DNA of 64,000 nt from Tetramitus jugosus (lineage: Eukaryota > Protista > Heterolobosea): positions 62,001 to 126,000 of the forward strand of contig OW569363.1 of the NCBI GenBank assembly GCA_937625935.1, read 5' to 3'. The translations under genes were made by a program, and so were the position numbers. The notes beneath the pieces are model-generated. The model was given only the letters and a program-made list of their open reading frames with translations. It did no database searches and was not told the DNA's origin. Shown piece by piece: positions 10,101 through 18,792 of this stretch. Position 1 is the first letter of the stretch; each line of letters starts with the position of its first letter.

Positions 10101-11006
10101 GGGTTTCTTCGTGCTCTTGCGACCAAAATTCTCCCTTGACCTATTGATCAAGCAATTGGTGATGACATCACATTGCTCGTCAGGGTCACTCATTACTTGA
10201 ACTCGATGCTTTGATAAGTCCTCAAGTACTTGAGAAGCGTAGTTGATCCATAGGCCGTCTTCCTTATTCTTTGGGAAAAGAAAGGTTGTCCTTTCTTCAT
10301 CGATCCACTCGCGATGTTCAACTCTCAATGTAACCTTTGTAGGGATGTGATCGCTTAGTGCACCATTACCTATGTATGCTTCCACGTTGCAGATCACATC
10401 CATTGCTGCCTTGTTTGCCCATGCGGAGTCAATTCGTGACGACATTGTTCTTGTGTAGTACGTGTGGAACCTATCCACTCCCAGAACAAGGTTCACATCT
10501 TGCATGTTGCAACTGCTCAATGTACTGGCCAGGGCCTTGGTGTTGGGATCCATTCTTCTGGATGTTCTATCTTCTGCTGTTACCACAGCGTTGTGGTCCC
10601 CACCGAACAACACTTTTCCGGCAGCTGAGATTCGGCTCAGAACCTCCGTAATTCTATCATAGTGTGTTCTGTTGGTCCTGTGGGGACCGTAGTGATTCGC
10701 TATCGTTATGGTTTCGTTGCCACACACCACTCTAACCACCTGTAGTCTGTCCTCACTGTGAACAACTCCATGGCTCGTGATTTTCTTTGTGTTGACAATT
10801 GTGGCAACATACTTGCTTGGGAACTCACTTATGAGTACGTAGTGTATTGATTCCAGTTGCCTCTTCAGTCTCGCCATCTGTTCCTGGTGTAAAATTCTTG
10901 TTTCTTGTAGCAATAGAATGTCGACATTCCCTTGCTCCAACATGTTGATTATGTCAACGGACTTACCAGGCAGTCCATTGACATTATACCAAACTACTTC
11001 TAACAT
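7179..11006 (-). CDS. Retrotransposon ORF2: AP endonuclease + reverse transcriptase + CCHC zinc knuckle
   Basis: Endonuclease: YNVNGL, LQET, YGP, GDHN, RID, SDH. RT: PGPDG, YRPICL, DIAKAFDSV, GTRQGDSLSP, YVDD. C-terminal CPKC-x8-H-x4-C. The likely start is ATG 11006; an alternative ATG is at 11132. Confidence 0.95.
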   Translation of the reverse strand: MLEVVWYNVNGLPGKSVDIINMLEQGNVDILLLQETRILHQEQMARLKRQLESIHYVLISEFPSKYVATIVNTKKITSHGVVHSEDRLQVVRVVCGNETITIANHYGPHRTNRTHYDRITEVLSRISAAGKVLFGGDHNAVVTAEDRTSRRMDPNTKALASTLSSCNMQDVNLVLGVDRFHTYYTRTMSSRIDSAWANKAAMDVICNVEAYIGNGALSDHIPTKVTLRVEHREWIDEERTTFLFPKNKEDGLWINYASQVLEDLSKHRVQVMSDPDEQCDVITNCLINRSRENFGRKSTKKPWSNNRRIRRLLNARELLLRCLVSGETTERTIKVFNHYGEPRTQLSKESVWIALSTVGRKLHGERVRNSNKKFRTWEWAARTSEFVNPTKFFSAASAKKANRIRLNTVNEGSMTYSDRESVGEKAASYFESAFSQETADMSYLRTIPAPSAQDAISKEFTQITTEEVRDSIGWLRNKKCPGPDGVHNEMLKLPRTDSRDYCWELSEILSGFFNNILEHGTFPNRWKECTIVPAYKKGNAQDISNYRPICLLSALSKLFTRLLNARVSKAAEAASLFTNTQGGGRKFRDIREKLSIMRGVIDHANRNDGQLYLLLTDIAKAFDSVPHNAIKEVYSFFGFPEHIVNLVHNMVTGNGARVMAGKLSRRFLMGKGTRQGDSLSPTTYVLVHQTVLMYAAGFAKGYVAMSQDIWNVAYVDDCNLMSNSRAAIEKTANKMNEVLSMLRMVMHPNKLELYVRKMGRSRSEHDITVNNVVVPANGSEKTFRALGLFTSLNGCTTRQKEQALEKVKRVANRLGIMRLTARQVARIVNTCIHPVFLYACEFTHWTKAWINRVNQMGKALIKQGSVAMKRYPSDLLQVSSDNGGFGLRKIEESILVRTAWFVKDMLRGKNDNEAHKLMLDSLEEIKLLQTFQRENVFQSNNRLELVKHSYLKWCAERMHNNNLTIAYGDEVNCLGCNLAMSQPNDVTKKFFKIGISLKEQLTRNGKWVKHSELVRAHGNFGISAKRYGYILADLELLKCNVTHGRCAASMPILMYKDDFEVVDKQQIWHAFTRHYREMIGREKLWWIQKACLGGATDFSFMKCPFRVDRKLEWFIAQVKSQTLHTRAVVKHLYGVEDMDTACPKCNFEQETVLHCLVNCPVARMARILLSKEVAKRLSSMGLHKSQCVDIWFDNQQWCNGRRTMNEQRKSGKDYLIGMLGVETQAVKQVAKGLKKSGIKKEVAKQKAKRFVDNTKRRCVEVMHRLFTSSKNMAGC

Positions 11007-12118
11007 AAGTTTGAGTCGCTTCTCGGCACACTTGCAGATGCCTCCCTGCTTCTGATAGTTGGAAGTCGAGCTGGTGTATTGATCATTTGTCTCTTCTTCT
11101 GGTTTAACTCGTCCATTTGTGTGGTTGAACATCTTTTACCATTGCTCTTCACTGGAGTGTTTTGATCGTTGATCAAACACAGCTCTGCAAGTTCATGGAA
11201 CGCTGATCTGCTAGTTAAAGCACTTGTGCTCTTGCTGCGTCCTCGCTGTGGTGATGTTTCTACTTCATCATGCATGTTTTCGCCATCATTTGCGAGCAAT
11301 ACCGACTCCCAATTACTTGATACGTTGTTTTGATCTTCATTGGTAGTGTCAGCTCCATTTGGCTGGCTCGTTAAATTACTGGCTGCCTCTCTTGGAACTT
11401 TCTTAGTCCTCCTCTTTGTCTTTCTTTGCACTTCAGTTTGTCCCATATCCACCTTTGCGTATTTTTTTAACTCCAACTCTAATTTAGCTACTCTTCTGTT
11501 GAGAGTTTCCATCATCAGTATTAATTGTCTCTTGGTGTTCTCTATCTTTTTGTTCACTACCATGTGTGATTCCTCCTTATGTTCCATGTATTTGGTGACC
11601 TTCATATTCAACGATTGATCTCCTGCTACAACTTGGGCGTATGTTTGGGATTTCATTGTCACAAACGCCGTATTGTTTGTGAGCACTATCTGTTGCACCT
11701 TATCCGCCCCGACCAGTTCGGTAATCTCCTTCTCTGTTTTACCTTCTACTCCATGAACGACAAGTTTCTTGTCATTGTCTAATCCTCTCTTGACATATGC
11801 CTTTGCACTTTTCACACACTTTCTAGTGTTGAATTGCGTCACAAACTCATAAATTTCATCCTTCTTGATATTGAGCCATGCTATATATTGATCCTTCTCC
11901 CACTTAATGACCTGCACTCGAGTGACCCATGGTGCGCACTTGAGGGCCACAAGTCGAGCAATCTCCATGGCCGAACCCTGTTGGTCACTGCCCTTCAGAA
12001 CCACTTCACGGTTGTTGACTGCACTCCCTTTAGGGATTGTAGTCCACACCGCGTGTCTGTTCTTGACATACTCGCGTACCTCCGTTGAGGAGGATGGATT
12101 GTTTCTGTTTGTTTGCAT
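11000..12118 (-). CDS. Retrotransposon ORF1 (RRM-like region plus coiled coil, basic)
   Basis: Lies 5' of ORF2 within the TSDs. KLVVHGV...TAFVTMKS is RRM-like and LNRRVAKLELEL shows heptads. Confidence 0.85.
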   Translation of the reverse strand: MQTNRNNPSSSTEVREYVKNRHAVWTTIPKGSAVNNREVVLKGSDQQGSAMEIARLVALKCAPWVTRVQVIKWEKDQYIAWLNIKKDEIYEFVTQFNTRKCVKSAKAYVKRGLDNDKKLVVHGVEGKTEKEITELVGADKVQQIVLTNNTAFVTMKSQTYAQVVAGDQSLNMKVTKYMEHKEESHMVVNKKIENTKRQLILMMETLNRRVAKLELELKKYAKVDMGQTEVQRKTKRRTKKVPREAASNLTSQPNGADTTNEDQNNVSSNWESVLLANDGENMHDEVETSPQRGRSKSTSALTSRSAFHELAELCLINDQNTPVKSNGKRCSTTQMDELNQKKRQMINTPARLPTIRSREASASVPRSDSNLC

Positions 12119-12141
12119 TCGTTTTTTTTTCAGCGTTTTTT

Positions 12142-12162
12142 ATTTTTCCGCGCATTTCTTTT
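12142..12162 (+). repeat. Target-site duplication, right copy
   Basis: Identical to 7012-7032 and followed by AA, giving a TTTT/AA site. Confidence 0.93.
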
Positions 12163-12198
12163 AAATATATGTATCCATTTAGGGAATCTTCAATATGA

Positions 12199-12295
12199 TC
12201 CCATATAGTCTAGCTGGTTAGGATATCCGGCTTTCACTTCCAAGCTGAAATGCAAAAGTCCCCGGAAGACCCGGGTTCGAGTCCCGGTATGGGAG
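12199..12295 (+). tRNA. tRNA-Glu(TTC) with 24-nt intron (12237-12260)
   Basis: Acceptor TCCCATA/TATGGGA, anticodon stem TCCGG/CCGGA, loop CT-TTC-A|intron|C, T arm CCGGG-TTCGAGT-CCCGG. Intron TGAAA can pair with the anticodon loop. TTTT follows. Confidence 0.95.
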
Positions 12296-12487
12296 ATCCT
12301 TTTGGCTTAAAAATCCTGAAAATAACTCCTGTCTTACAAGCGCAGGAGAATTGTTTTTTAGGCCTCAAAACTGATTGGCTCTCTTGAATCTGTGGTAACA
12401 GAATAAAACGCATAGAGTTCGTCTCATCCCACTTCATATTTATCATCTTCCAACGACCAAACTTTCAACATTGGGATTCGAGAAGCT

Positions 12488-13537
12488 ATGGAACCATCAT
12501 CCCCACCTGTCATGGAAGTGCACGAGTCATCATCTCAATTGACACTCATTACCCCAGAGCTCATAACCGCAACACCACCAGATGTTAGCACTAACAATAA
12601 GCCTCTCTCGTCGTCCATGAGCCGAGGCGGTTCCAGTGTGCGAGAAGGTCTCTTTGGATTGGGTTGTGGTCTCATGTATGGCATGTCCAGTGCACTGCTA
12701 GGACATCCAATCGATACGATCAAGACCAAGATGCAATCTCAGTTGGCCTATTCCAAAGGAGGCATGATTCACACCATGACAAGCATTGTGAGAAACGAAG
12801 GATTCTTTGCGCTGTACAAGGGACTGCTGCCGCCTCTTTTAGGGAGCTCTATTTTCCGATCCGTGCAGTTTGGTGTTTACAGCGCAGTGTACACCAAGAT
12901 GGGCGATTTTGATTATTTCCGAAGAGAAATTCCAATGACGGGCGGTTTGGAAACGCGCGTCATTTTTAGTGGAATAGTTGCGAGCACAGCCAGGAGCTTT
13001 ATTGAGTGCCCGCTAGAGTATATCAAGGTGCGAAAGCAAGTCGGTGAATCGTGGCAGTTTTCTTCCTTGTTTCAGGGTTTCAAGGTAACTTGGATGCGTA
13101 CCATGGGCCTGATGATCACATTCTTCGTCTTGACAGATTCATTGGATAGACATGCCACTGAGCTCGTTAGTCAACCGGTTGTTGGTCCATTTGTTAGAGG
13201 TGCTGTTTGCAGCACTGCTGGTTGGACTGTCGTTTGGCCTTTTGAGACTGTAAAGTCACAGATCCAAGCGGGCACTCCCGGACCCAACACAGTGTGGAAA
13301 CGATTGGTCTTTGTGGCCAATACTGGTGGTGTTGGTGGTCTATTCAGAGGATTCGTGCCAGGTTGTACCAGAAGTTTGGTAGCCAATGGTGCGAGTATGG
13401 TCATGTTCCATCAGTGCCAAGACCTGAGGATGAAATACTTGGAAGGTCAACGAGAACCGAAACAATATGTTCCTGCACCATCACCTGTGGTGATGGCCGT
13501 ACAAGGAGATTTAACGCAAAATAATGACGAGTCATAG
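12488..13537 (+). CDS. Mitochondrial carrier (SLC25; amino acid/carnitine carrier-like)
   Basis: Three Px[DE]xxK signatures: PIDTIK, PLEYIK and PFETVK. Confidence 0.93.
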   Translation: MEPSSPPVMEVHESSSQLTLITPELITATPPDVSTNNKPLSSSMSRGGSSVREGLFGLGCGLMYGMSSALLGHPIDTIKTKMQSQLAYSKGGMIHTMTSIVRNEGFFALYKGLLPPLLGSSIFRSVQFGVYSAVYTKMGDFDYFRREIPMTGGLETRVIFSGIVASTARSFIECPLEYIKVRKQVGESWQFSSLFQGFKVTWMRTMGLMITFFVLTDSLDRHATELVSQPVVGPFVRGAVCSTAGWTVVWPFETVKSQIQAGTPGPNTVWKRLVFVANTGGVGGLFRGFVPGCTRSLVANGASMVMFHQCQDLRMKYLEGQREPKQYVPAPSPVVMAVQGDLTQNNDES

Positions 13538-13613
13538 TGGCCATTAGTCAAATTCTTTTGGATTACTTTGTGTTGTATTCACGAGAGTAAGGAACTTTAC
13601 AAGATGAATACTC

Positions 13614-16370
13614 TTATTTTTTGTTGAGATGGGCAGATAGGAACGATTGGAACTTGGAGCTACGCCTTCTTTCTCTCTCCTGAACCTCAATATCATAGAG
13701 GGTTTGCTGCAGTTTTTCTAGATAACAAGGCTTTGCAACACGACCAACCTGATCTGCAGGACTGCCTGCTAATATCCGACAATGAGGTTCCATGTTGCTT
13801 GCATCAGGTTCGAGCACCACCTGTCCTGCATCCACAATATTTTGATGCATTGTCGATAGAGTAAATCTCCACTTTACAGTCGCCTTTACCTTGAACCATA
13901 CAGAGTGCTGTTCATGATAGGTATTCTTATCCGTAATCTTGTAAAAGTTTTTCAAAGATGTGTCTATAATCACTTCTGATCCCTCCCGCTTGATATTCAC
14001 AGTCAATGGATGATCACTCATTGACACACTGTCAGGTGTCACAAAAACATTTTCATGATCACCAAGCATCATTACCGTCGCATCATACGAATCACCTCCA
14101 CCACTGGTACGACCAGTCTTTTGCAATATACCAAGTACAAACTCTGCCAACAACTGATCTGGCAATCCAGTATATCCAAACATGCTCATCATATACTTGA
14201 CTAATCCCCAGGTATCCGTATTGTTTTGGAACAGTTTGTTATTGACCTTGATTGAATCTCGTTGTAAATCCTTCTGAACTTGCTTATCTGAAACATCATC
14301 GTAATCCAATCCAATTGTACCTAGTTTCTGATTAATGAGTGGCGATTGTGTCTTTACCCAAGTTAATGGTAGAACTACTTTTCCAATCTTTTGAGCGATT
14401 TGTACATATTGATCCCTAGTTTTCACACTCTTCAAAACTTGTTTAATCTCTAGTGCACGCACCGTATGACTCACCTCTGAATACTTGCCAATTTGGTCAA
14501 GCACAGGAAAGTAACAAAAGTGTTCCGATAGTGCCTTGTGTAACTTTTCCATCTCTCCAATGTCGTAGGTAATATTTTGAGTAGACACTGGAGATTTCGA
14601 TCTCTCGATATCAGTGTCTGCAGATATTTCATACAGAAACGAATGAACGACAGATCTATACTTGTCAACAAATTGTTGCACTTCACTCGACAGCACTGAA
14701 TCGACTTCAGTGGCGCGACCCAGCTTTCCCACACCATCTGTTCCACTATTGCTGCTGTTACCACTTCTTGCTGGTAACAATCGAAGGAACAATTTGGACA
14801 CGGCAACCAATATTTGTCTCTGTTTGATGCTGGGAGGAGATTCATGAGGCCACAGCTGATAATTCTCGGGCAGTGTAATCGCAGGACACACAAAATGCCT
14901 AAAGATTACATTGGACAAATGATACAGGTTCATACTCTCTATTCTGTTTTGTTTTGAAATTTGAATGCAAATCTGTCTCAGATAAACTGGCAAAACAGGA
15001 ACCGACTTTTCAATATTCTGCATGAGAAGTGTCGCAATTCGCAACGCGCAATGCATAGTGTCAACATCACCACTGGACGTACCAGAGTTGTTCATGCTGC
15101 CATTGTCCATTGAAGAACCATTTCCACTGTTGACTCCATCTCCGTCCTGTTGTTGCTGCATCTGCATCTGCATCTGCTGATGTGATTGTTGATAGTGAAT
15201 CAAATCCATGGTCCCATGAAACACTGCTCTCAAATACGCACCACCAAACATTCGATTATACAGTTTCAACAGTCTCTGACTCGGCGAATCACCACTCAAC
15301 AACTTGTTCTTAGATTTTCCAACATGTGCACCACCATTGCTGCTGCCATATGAATCACTACTGTCATCATTCTGATTCGACAATAATTGTTGCTGATTCA
15401 GTGCATTGAGCAACTCAATCTTTCCATTTGTTCTCGCACTTCTCACATTCTGCTGTTGCAACTGTGCAACAGACAGTGAAATGTCTTGATTGAATGGCGC
15501 AGAAGCAGTAGAAGTGTCAATGAGCCGTTTGATAGTGTCTGGTCTGTTCGTATCGAATGAAATGAGACTTTCAATCGTAATGGCAGCATTGTGTGGAGCT
15601 TGATTCAACAACAGGAGAACACTCGTGAGAATGGACTCTCGAATATTGACGTTGGCAATAGAACAGATACTAAACAAAAAGTAACACCGAGAAACTTCAT
15701 TGAACAATAGCATGTCCAACAGTGGCTTATACGTCTTGTGAATGACATCAATTTGTTGCTTGGATAGTATGATACCTTGTGAGTCTGTCATGACACTATT
15801 ATTGTTATTATTATTTGTTGTTGTTGATGATGATGATGAAATGTTAGCTTTGTTGTTGAATGGTGTTGTATGATGATGATTGGAGGTAGCAGTGGTAGAA
15901 GTAGAGGTAGAAGTAGAAGTAGTAGAAGTAGTGGCAGAAGATGAGGAAGAAAAAAGAGAATCGTAATAAGCAACAGGTGGTGCATAGGGATCATACAGTG
16001 GATTAATAAATTTTGTGGCATGTCGCTTGTAAGCTGAAGCTTTTGTTGTTGTGTCATTTGATTGTTGTTGTTGTTGAAGCATGGGCGATGTATTGCTAAT
16101 GAGCGCGCTTTGTCTCGTACGGTTTCGCACAACACCACCAGTAGTCGCCGCCGTAGTGTTGGATGTCTCCGATGTAGGAGAAATAGGACTATTGTTTGTG
16201 GACTCCGTGGTCGGGGAATTGCTCGCTAGAGGCCGCTTCCACAGCGGACGCGGACTTGGAGTGACACCATTGTTGTTGTTTGCGTTATTGCTACTGCTAC
16301 TGGTGCTGTTATTATTGTTGTTATTGGTACTGTTATTATTATTGAAATTCTTCAAATTTTTCAAGTACAT
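13614..16370 (-). CDS. RasGAP-domain protein with low-complexity N-terminus and an additional C-terminal domain
   Basis: LPVYLRQIC, FRHFVCPAITLP and LVAVSKLF match the RasGAP core. Confidence 0.75.
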   Translation of the reverse strand: MYLKNLKNFNNNNSTNNNNNNSTSSSSNNANNNNGVTPSPRPLWKRPLASNSPTTESTNNSPISPTSETSNTTAATTGGVVRNRTRQSALISNTSPMLQQQQQSNDTTTKASAYKRHATKFINPLYDPYAPPVAYYDSLFSSSSSATTSTTSTSTSTSTTATSNHHHTTPFNNKANISSSSSTTTNNNNNNSVMTDSQGIILSKQQIDVIHKTYKPLLDMLLFNEVSRCYFLFSICSIANVNIRESILTSVLLLLNQAPHNAAITIESLISFDTNRPDTIKRLIDTSTASAPFNQDISLSVAQLQQQNVRSARTNGKIELLNALNQQQLLSNQNDDSSDSYGSSNGGAHVGKSKNKLLSGDSPSQRLLKLYNRMFGGAYLRAVFHGTMDLIHYQQSHQQMQMQMQQQQDGDGVNSGNGSSMDNGSMNNSGTSSGDVDTMHCALRIATLLMQNIEKSVPVLPVYLRQICIQISKQNRIESMNLYHLSNVIFRHFVCPAITLPENYQLWPHESPPSIKQRQILVAVSKLFLRLLPARSGNSSNSGTDGVGKLGRATEVDSVLSSEVQQFVDKYRSVVHSFLYEISADTDIERSKSPVSTQNITYDIGEMEKLHKALSEHFCYFPVLDQIGKYSEVSHTVRALEIKQVLKSVKTRDQYVQIAQKIGKVVLPLTWVKTQSPLINQKLGTIGLDYDDVSDKQVQKDLQRDSIKVNNKLFQNNTDTWGLVKYMMSMFGYTGLPDQLLAEFVLGILQKTGRTSGGGDSYDATVMMLGDHENVFVTPDSVSMSDHPLTVNIKREGSEVIIDTSLKNFYKITDKNTYHEQHSVWFKVKATVKWRFTLSTMHQNIVDAGQVVLEPDASNMEPHCRILAGSPADQVGRVAKPCYLEKLQQTLYDIEVQERERRRSSKFQSFLSAHLNKK

Positions 16371-16581
16371 GTTTTTGTTTTTGTTTGTTTCCGTGTCTGT
16401 GTTTTTTTGTGTTTTCTGTTTTGCTGTCCCATCTCTTTTGCTTTCTTGACGCTTGGGAGACAGATGACAAGCTGGTCTATTTACAAATAATCATCGTGCA
16501 TTGATTGAAGCAAAGTAGAAAACTGAAAGCTCCGAGTTTATCGTGTTTGTATTCGAAGAGAAAGGTATAAACGTGTTGTTG

Positions 16582-16947
16582 TTAGAGAGCAAGAGCCAAA
16601 GCAATCCAGCCACCAATGAGACCCAATCCTCCAATCGGAGTAATCATTCCAAGCTTTTTCTTGTCGGTGAGAACGAGAGCGTACAAGCTGCCACTGAAAA
16701 AGCTCATACCTCCCAGAAACAAACTACCAATCATGTGGTGGTTCCTCCTTGCAGCCAACATGGCTCCCACCATTACTGCACTATGAATCAAGTGATAGTG
16801 AGCTGCAGTCTCCCAATTCTTGATTCTCTTTTGGTCAGTGATGCGGCTTTGAAGTCCATGCGCACCAAACGCACCTAGACCAACAGCTAAGGCACCAGAT
16901 ACGCTTGCTAATTTAATGTAAAGGACTTGGACAGGAGAGAGGAACAT
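16582..16947 (-). CDS. TMEM256: TMEM256/DUF423 membrane protein
   Basis: GALAVGLGAFGAHGL, WETAAHYHLIH, FSGSLY and ITPIGG. Confidence 0.92.
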   Translation of the reverse strand: MFLSPVQVLYIKLASVSGALAVGLGAFGAHGLQSRITDQKRIKNWETAAHYHLIHSAVMVGAMLAARRNHHMIGSLFLGGMSFFSGSLYALVLTDKKKLGMITPIGGLGLIGGWIALALAL

Positions 16948-17236
16948 GTGTGATGACGCAGCAAGCTTATTTTCTGGTTTTTTTTCGCTTCAGAAAATGA
17001 AAAAGTTGTTCCGGAGGACAATAGGTCAAGTTACACCAAGAAGTAAAAGGAGATGCAAAATTTACAAAACTAAACGAAATAAATAAAGACAAAATGATTG
17101 TACAAATCTATCATCCGCTGTCAACAGTGCAAGCAAGATCCACATAATTTGATACTGGAGTCTGAAATACCTGCGTTGATCCTCGTTTGATAGTGTGGTA
17201 TGCGCTTGAGAATTGGTGGGATGCACTCAAGACCAA

Positions 17237-18466
17237 CTAGTTGGAATTGTTGCCATTAGGATCGTTATTCCATAGATCGGCTGAAAGAACTTTATCCTGA
17301 GTGAGGGAACGTCTATTGGCACGAGTTGATGAATCAGAAGGGTTCACATCCCAATGAATGTTGGCCCGTTGTTGTCTCATCATTTCCATTCTGTGAATCA
17401 TGTGATTATGTTCCTGAATAAAATAGGACTGCACAGAAGAGACAACACTTGGATATTGATAAAATTGTTGTTGTAGCTGCTCCTGTGGAGAGTAACAAGC
17501 TTCACCAAAATAGGGAGTGGTTGGACATTGTGAATCTCGTGTAATGGCCTCAAATGGGAGAGCTCTTGAGATCTTTGAGTTGGGTTTGCTCCTCTCAATA
17601 GGAATAGGAGTGACTAGCATCACTCTCTTGCTTGGATCAATATTGGAGAGAGGAGAAAATTGAGGAGGTCCGCTAGAGGAAAGAGGACTACAATGATGGT
17701 GATGGTGATGATAGTTCAACGGAGTAGCAGGAGAAGAAGCAAAAAACATTGGAGAGTGTGGTGGAGCAACATTGGGATTCACATTCTCTTGTCCACCATC
17801 TCGAGGAAGTGGCGCTCGTCTGGACTTGCGTGTTGTTCGAACAGGTGTACGATTGGGAGTGTCGTGTTGCGGTGGAAGTGGTTGTAGTGTGGATGGATGA
17901 CCACATGGACTATAGCTACTACCATGAGTAGCAGGCCTCATGATCATTGGACTACAGTTTCCAGAAGAACTGTTGCACAAATCTTGGATTGTAATGTGTT
18001 GCAAGCAGTGAAACAGACGTGGTGCATCAGGGAGGAGGTTAGATACATCTTGAGCCAACTCTTGCACATCATACCACAGTTCTGCATCACTTTGCATCAT
18101 ACCCATCAAACATTGAGCAACACAACAGCCAGTGCCCAGCTCGGATTGTTGTTGTTGTGGTTGTGGTTGGTCCAGGTATACATCATCGGCCGATGATGGT
18201 TGATTGTAGTTGTCGTGAGTATTGGTATTCACATGACTTGTGGAATGGTCATTGGTGTGAATAATGGAGACGGGCTTTTTTATTAGTTCTTTTTTGGTTT
18301 TTTCCGTTTTTTTGGTTTTTTTGGTTTTTTTGGTTTTTTGATCTGGATTTTTATTGGGTGTCGGCTGGTTGGTTGGTTGTGATCTGTCACATTGCTGATC
18401 ACTGTTGCCGCGAGAGGCAGAGTGATGAGACAAATGTTGTTGAGGATGAGAGTGCGATGAGATCAT
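17237..18466 (-). CDS. Hypothetical P/S/Q-rich disordered protein (start uncertain)
   Basis: 414-codon ORF. The 5' part overlaps an A-rich UTR-like repeat, so the real start may lie further downstream. Confidence 0.6.
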   Translation of the reverse strand: MISSHSHPQQHLSHHSASRGNSDQQCDRSQPTNQPTPNKNPDQKTKKTKKTKKTEKTKKELIKKPVSIIHTNDHSTSHVNTNTHDNYNQPSSADDVYLDQPQPQQQQSELGTGCCVAQCLMGMMQSDAELWYDVQELAQDVSNLLPDAPRLFHCLQHITIQDLCNSSSGNCSPMIMRPATHGSSYSPCGHPSTLQPLPPQHDTPNRTPVRTTRKSRRAPLPRDGGQENVNPNVAPPHSPMFFASSPATPLNYHHHHHHCSPLSSSGPPQFSPLSNIDPSKRVMLVTPIPIERSKPNSKISRALPFEAITRDSQCPTTPYFGEACYSPQEQLQQQFYQYPSVVSSVQSYFIQEHNHMIHRMEMMRQQRANIHWDVNPSDSSTRANRRSLTQDKVLSADLWNNDPNGNNSN

Positions 18467-18792
18467 GACAATTAATAGCAAAATGGTAGTGGTGATTTAA
18501 GATCTTAGATCCGTGATCTGAGTTGTTTTGTTTTTTGGTGTTTTTTTGGTGTTTTTTTTCAGGTTCAAGATCACATGTTCGACCAAAGCTGTCAATGCCG
18601 TTAAAGCCTCGATTTTCCACTGGTTTCCGCGAAAATGAGATGGTGCTCAAGTGGCCACTTGAACTCCTGGATGTGCACATTTTTTTAACCGAATAACTGG
18701 GATTAGCAGATTGACCATCGAAGATTGACAAGAAGCAACAACACGATTCGATCAAACAAACAAGTGAACAACAGCTACAACAATCTGACAAG

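Larger units (their letters stand above)
7012..12162 (-). mobile_element. Full-length APE-type non-LTR retrotransposon (L1/Tx1/TRE-like); body 7033-12141 with TSDs
   Basis: Two intact ORFs, a T21 run at 7029-7049 (poly-A tail), AATAAA at 7082-7077 on the minus strand, and a flanking direct repeat ATTTTTCCGCGCATTTCTTTT. Confidence 0.95.

Noticed and set aside
18290-18340. (TTTTTTTGG)n 9-bp repeat, superficially telomere-like
   Set aside because: Few imperfect units, and it matches the A/C-rich leader style seen throughout the window.
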